Assembly (NCBI GenBank): GCA_030704615.1
Contig: CM060732.1
Span: forward strand, 71,920,001 to 71,984,000
Reading direction: 5' to 3'
Source: Takakia lepidozioides
Taxonomy: Eukaryota; Plantae; Bryophyta
DNA length: 64,000 nucleotides
The position numbers were made by a program, and so were the translations under genes. The first letter of the stretch is position 1. Each line of letters starts with the position of its first letter. The notes below the pieces were generated by a model, which worked only from the letters and a program-made list of their open reading frames with translations, was not told the DNA's origin and searched no databases. Shown here piece after piece: positions 63,240 through 64,000 of the stretch.

Positions 63240-63374
63240 GGGAGTATCTCTAGGGGTATATGTCGGAGAATCTCCAGAGATGTATTCTGGAGAATCTCCA
63301 GGGACGTACTGAGGAGAATCAGCGGGGACATATTCTGGAAAATTTACTGCATACTGAGGAGAGTGAGGAGTGTA
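63240..63374 (-). other. Coding-like tandem repeat resembling RNA Pol II CTD heptads within a decayed acidic exon (~63229-63681)
   Basis: Manual translation: YTPHSPQ YAVNFPE YVPADSPQ YVPGDSPE YISGDSPT YTPRDTP; missed by the ORF track because of a TGA at ~63510. Confidence 0.6.
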
Positions 63375-64000
63375 TCCTAGAGAGGACGGAAGGACGGATC
63401 CCGAGTACTGTTCACAATCTCCTACAGAAATGTCATTATCTGAATCAGACTGAAGATTACACTCATCATTTTCATCTTTCTCTTCCTCTGTTTCCTCCGT
63501 TGTCTCCCGTCAAATAACTCCCTCGAACATTGATTCGTCAGTGCCCGGATTTATGAAGGTTCGCACGTCAGAGCCCACATCTGATATTTGATTCTCAGAT
63601 CTCTTCTTGAAGGTTTTTGTTTTCGATACAACCAGTGATTCGTCTTGGTTTTCTGCTTCGTTGATGCTTACTGGATCTTGCCTGTGAATGAAGCATTGAT
63701 TTGTTCTAGTATAGGTAGTAAGCTGCAGTAGGTAGAATCACTATAGCAGTAGAAGTATAGATTACAGAAAGATGTGTGCATGACTAGGGTTCTACTATAG
63801 GTAGTAAGCAATATCACTTTAACATCACTAAACAACCTTTAATCATGCATTGACACGTGTCATATCGACCATAAAAAACCTGGCAACAAGTTTTTATAAG
63901 CATAGTCGTAGTTCTGACTGTTAAATACATTTAACAAACCCCTCATATGATGCCACGTGTCTACATATCAGGATGTTTGTAGTTAGGACAATGACTGCAA

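Larger units (their letters stand above)
53071..64000 (-). mobile_element. Probable large DNA-transposon-like segment with cargo genes; runs off the window and no transposase seen
   Basis: Abrupt junction within a PPR motif (CTGGTGAACATG then TAACACTATTTT); co-oriented decayed genes unified by one dispersed palindrome family; ParB-like gene analogous to MULE-2. Confidence 0.5.

Noticed and set aside
53071-64000. Endogenous giant-virus or bacterial insert
   Set aside because: Genes have GT-AG introns and no viral or bacterial core genes were seen; a transposon-like origin fits better, though the transposase is not in the window.

Overview
Eukaryotic, intron-containing plant DNA; PLS-type PPR fragments and the TE families suggest a seed-free land plant, which is inference. 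Two apparently intact host genes, both on the minus strand: a six-exon cytochrome P450 (CYP727-like, 2116-~6386, last intron GC-AG) and a pheophorbide a oxygenase-like Rieske oxygenase (42027-45665). The 7.0-36.8 kb block is nested transposons: a MULE with SWIM transposase and Ulp1-type protease; a 5'-truncated Gypsy with long extra 3' ORFs; a second MULE with a divergent accessory gene; and a Gypsy-like derivative carrying a C5 DNA methyltransferase and a PHD finger. At 46.5-53 kb are a hAT MITE, PPR pseudo-fragments and a CACTA remnant. From ~53.07 kb to the window end lies a decayed cargo-rich segment. Main finding: two separate segments each encode a spliced ParB/Sulfiredoxin-like protein with a C-terminal methyltransferase-like region, and each is seeded with its own palindrome family (TGAATGKCGTCAACGMCATTCA at 22.5-25.4 kb; TGAACCTCCACTGNNCAGTGGAGGTTCA at 54.8-63.0 kb). 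This looks like a ParB/parS-style self-recognition module in plant transposons. The second segment also has three FCP1/NIF-family HAD phosphatase-like genes and an exon with RNA Pol II CTD-like YxPxSP repeats. All calls are by eye from motifs; no searches were run, and coordinates marked ~ are approximate.
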